A stretch of DNA of 64,000 bases. Source: Octopus sinensis (Eukaryota). Shown one piece after another: positions 63,684-64,000 of the stretch. Where the stretch lies: positions 8,184,001 to 8,248,000 of the forward strand of contig NC_043008.1 of the NCBI RefSeq assembly GCF_006345805.1, in the 5' to 3' direction. Positions within the stretch are counted from its first letter, which is position 1, and every line of letters begins with the position of its first letter. Under the pieces are notes generated by a model. It did no database searches. It saw only the letters and a program-made list of their open reading frames with translations, and had not been told where the DNA came from. Position numbers and translations under genes: made by a program.

Positions 63684-64000
63684 TGACAATGTATATTGTG
63701 CCAATAATTGGAAAACATTGGCATAAGAAGTTTGTCAAGAACGATCTACCTTAGTTCATGGCAATCAGCAGCTGGTACCTTAATGACACTGCAAAGAAGA
63801 AGCATGATATGTTAGATGCAATGACACTAACAATTGTTACATGTTAATGCAGGCTGCGAACCAGAGAATGCCCGAGGGCAAACTCTGCCTTGATAAATAT
63901 TGAGGGTATAGCATAGAGTATGACATTGATGGTTATGGAACCAGAGATTTTGCGAAAGAATAGATTGTAATATCGCGACCTGAGTCCAGAGAAACATAAA

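Larger units (their letters stand above)
62237..63973. repeat. 101-bp inverted repeat pair (62237-62337 and 63873-63973), 1 mismatch
   Basis: Direct reverse-complement comparison. Confidence 0.95.
62338..63973 (+). pseudogene. Decayed RTE-like LINE (endonuclease end and linker), opposite in orientation to the adjoining piece
   Basis: SDHQAIV (cf. TDHxLV), YLRRTWNKFQRNLKDCADMYC and CANNW (cf. LRxARxxVQxxARxCANxYW). Confidence 0.5.

Overview
AT-rich, microsatellite-dense eukaryotic intergenic or intronic DNA. The SINE families look like those I recognise from octopod cephalopods (Octopus); this is inference and was not verified by search. No host protein-coding gene, tRNA, rRNA or CRISPR array can be supported, and most listed ORFs are translations of simple repeats. 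The window is a mosaic of mobile elements: (1) a Penelope-like retroelement (PLE; RT plus C-terminal GIY-YIG, minus strand, 41499-44866) bounded by 184-bp inverted repeats that each carry a type I hammerhead ribozyme (HHR); (2) 1.1 kb away, a non-coding retrozyme-like element (45963-46659) with two direct repeats, each with an HHR, predicted cleavage sites 469 nt apart, inserted in (TA)n; (3) several more intact or decayed HHRs, most beside (TA)n; (4) Tx1/L1-like LINE copies sitting in (GATA)n, one forming a 242-bp-arm palindrome; (5) a head-to-tail non-autonomous Helitron cluster; (6) a hAT MITE, a mariner relic, RTE-like relics (one with an apparent recent 1.5-kb inversion) and at least four tRNA-derived SINE families; (7) two microsatellite-bounded tandem duplications that may be assembly artefacts. 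The HHR/PLE/retrozyme system is the most interesting signal.
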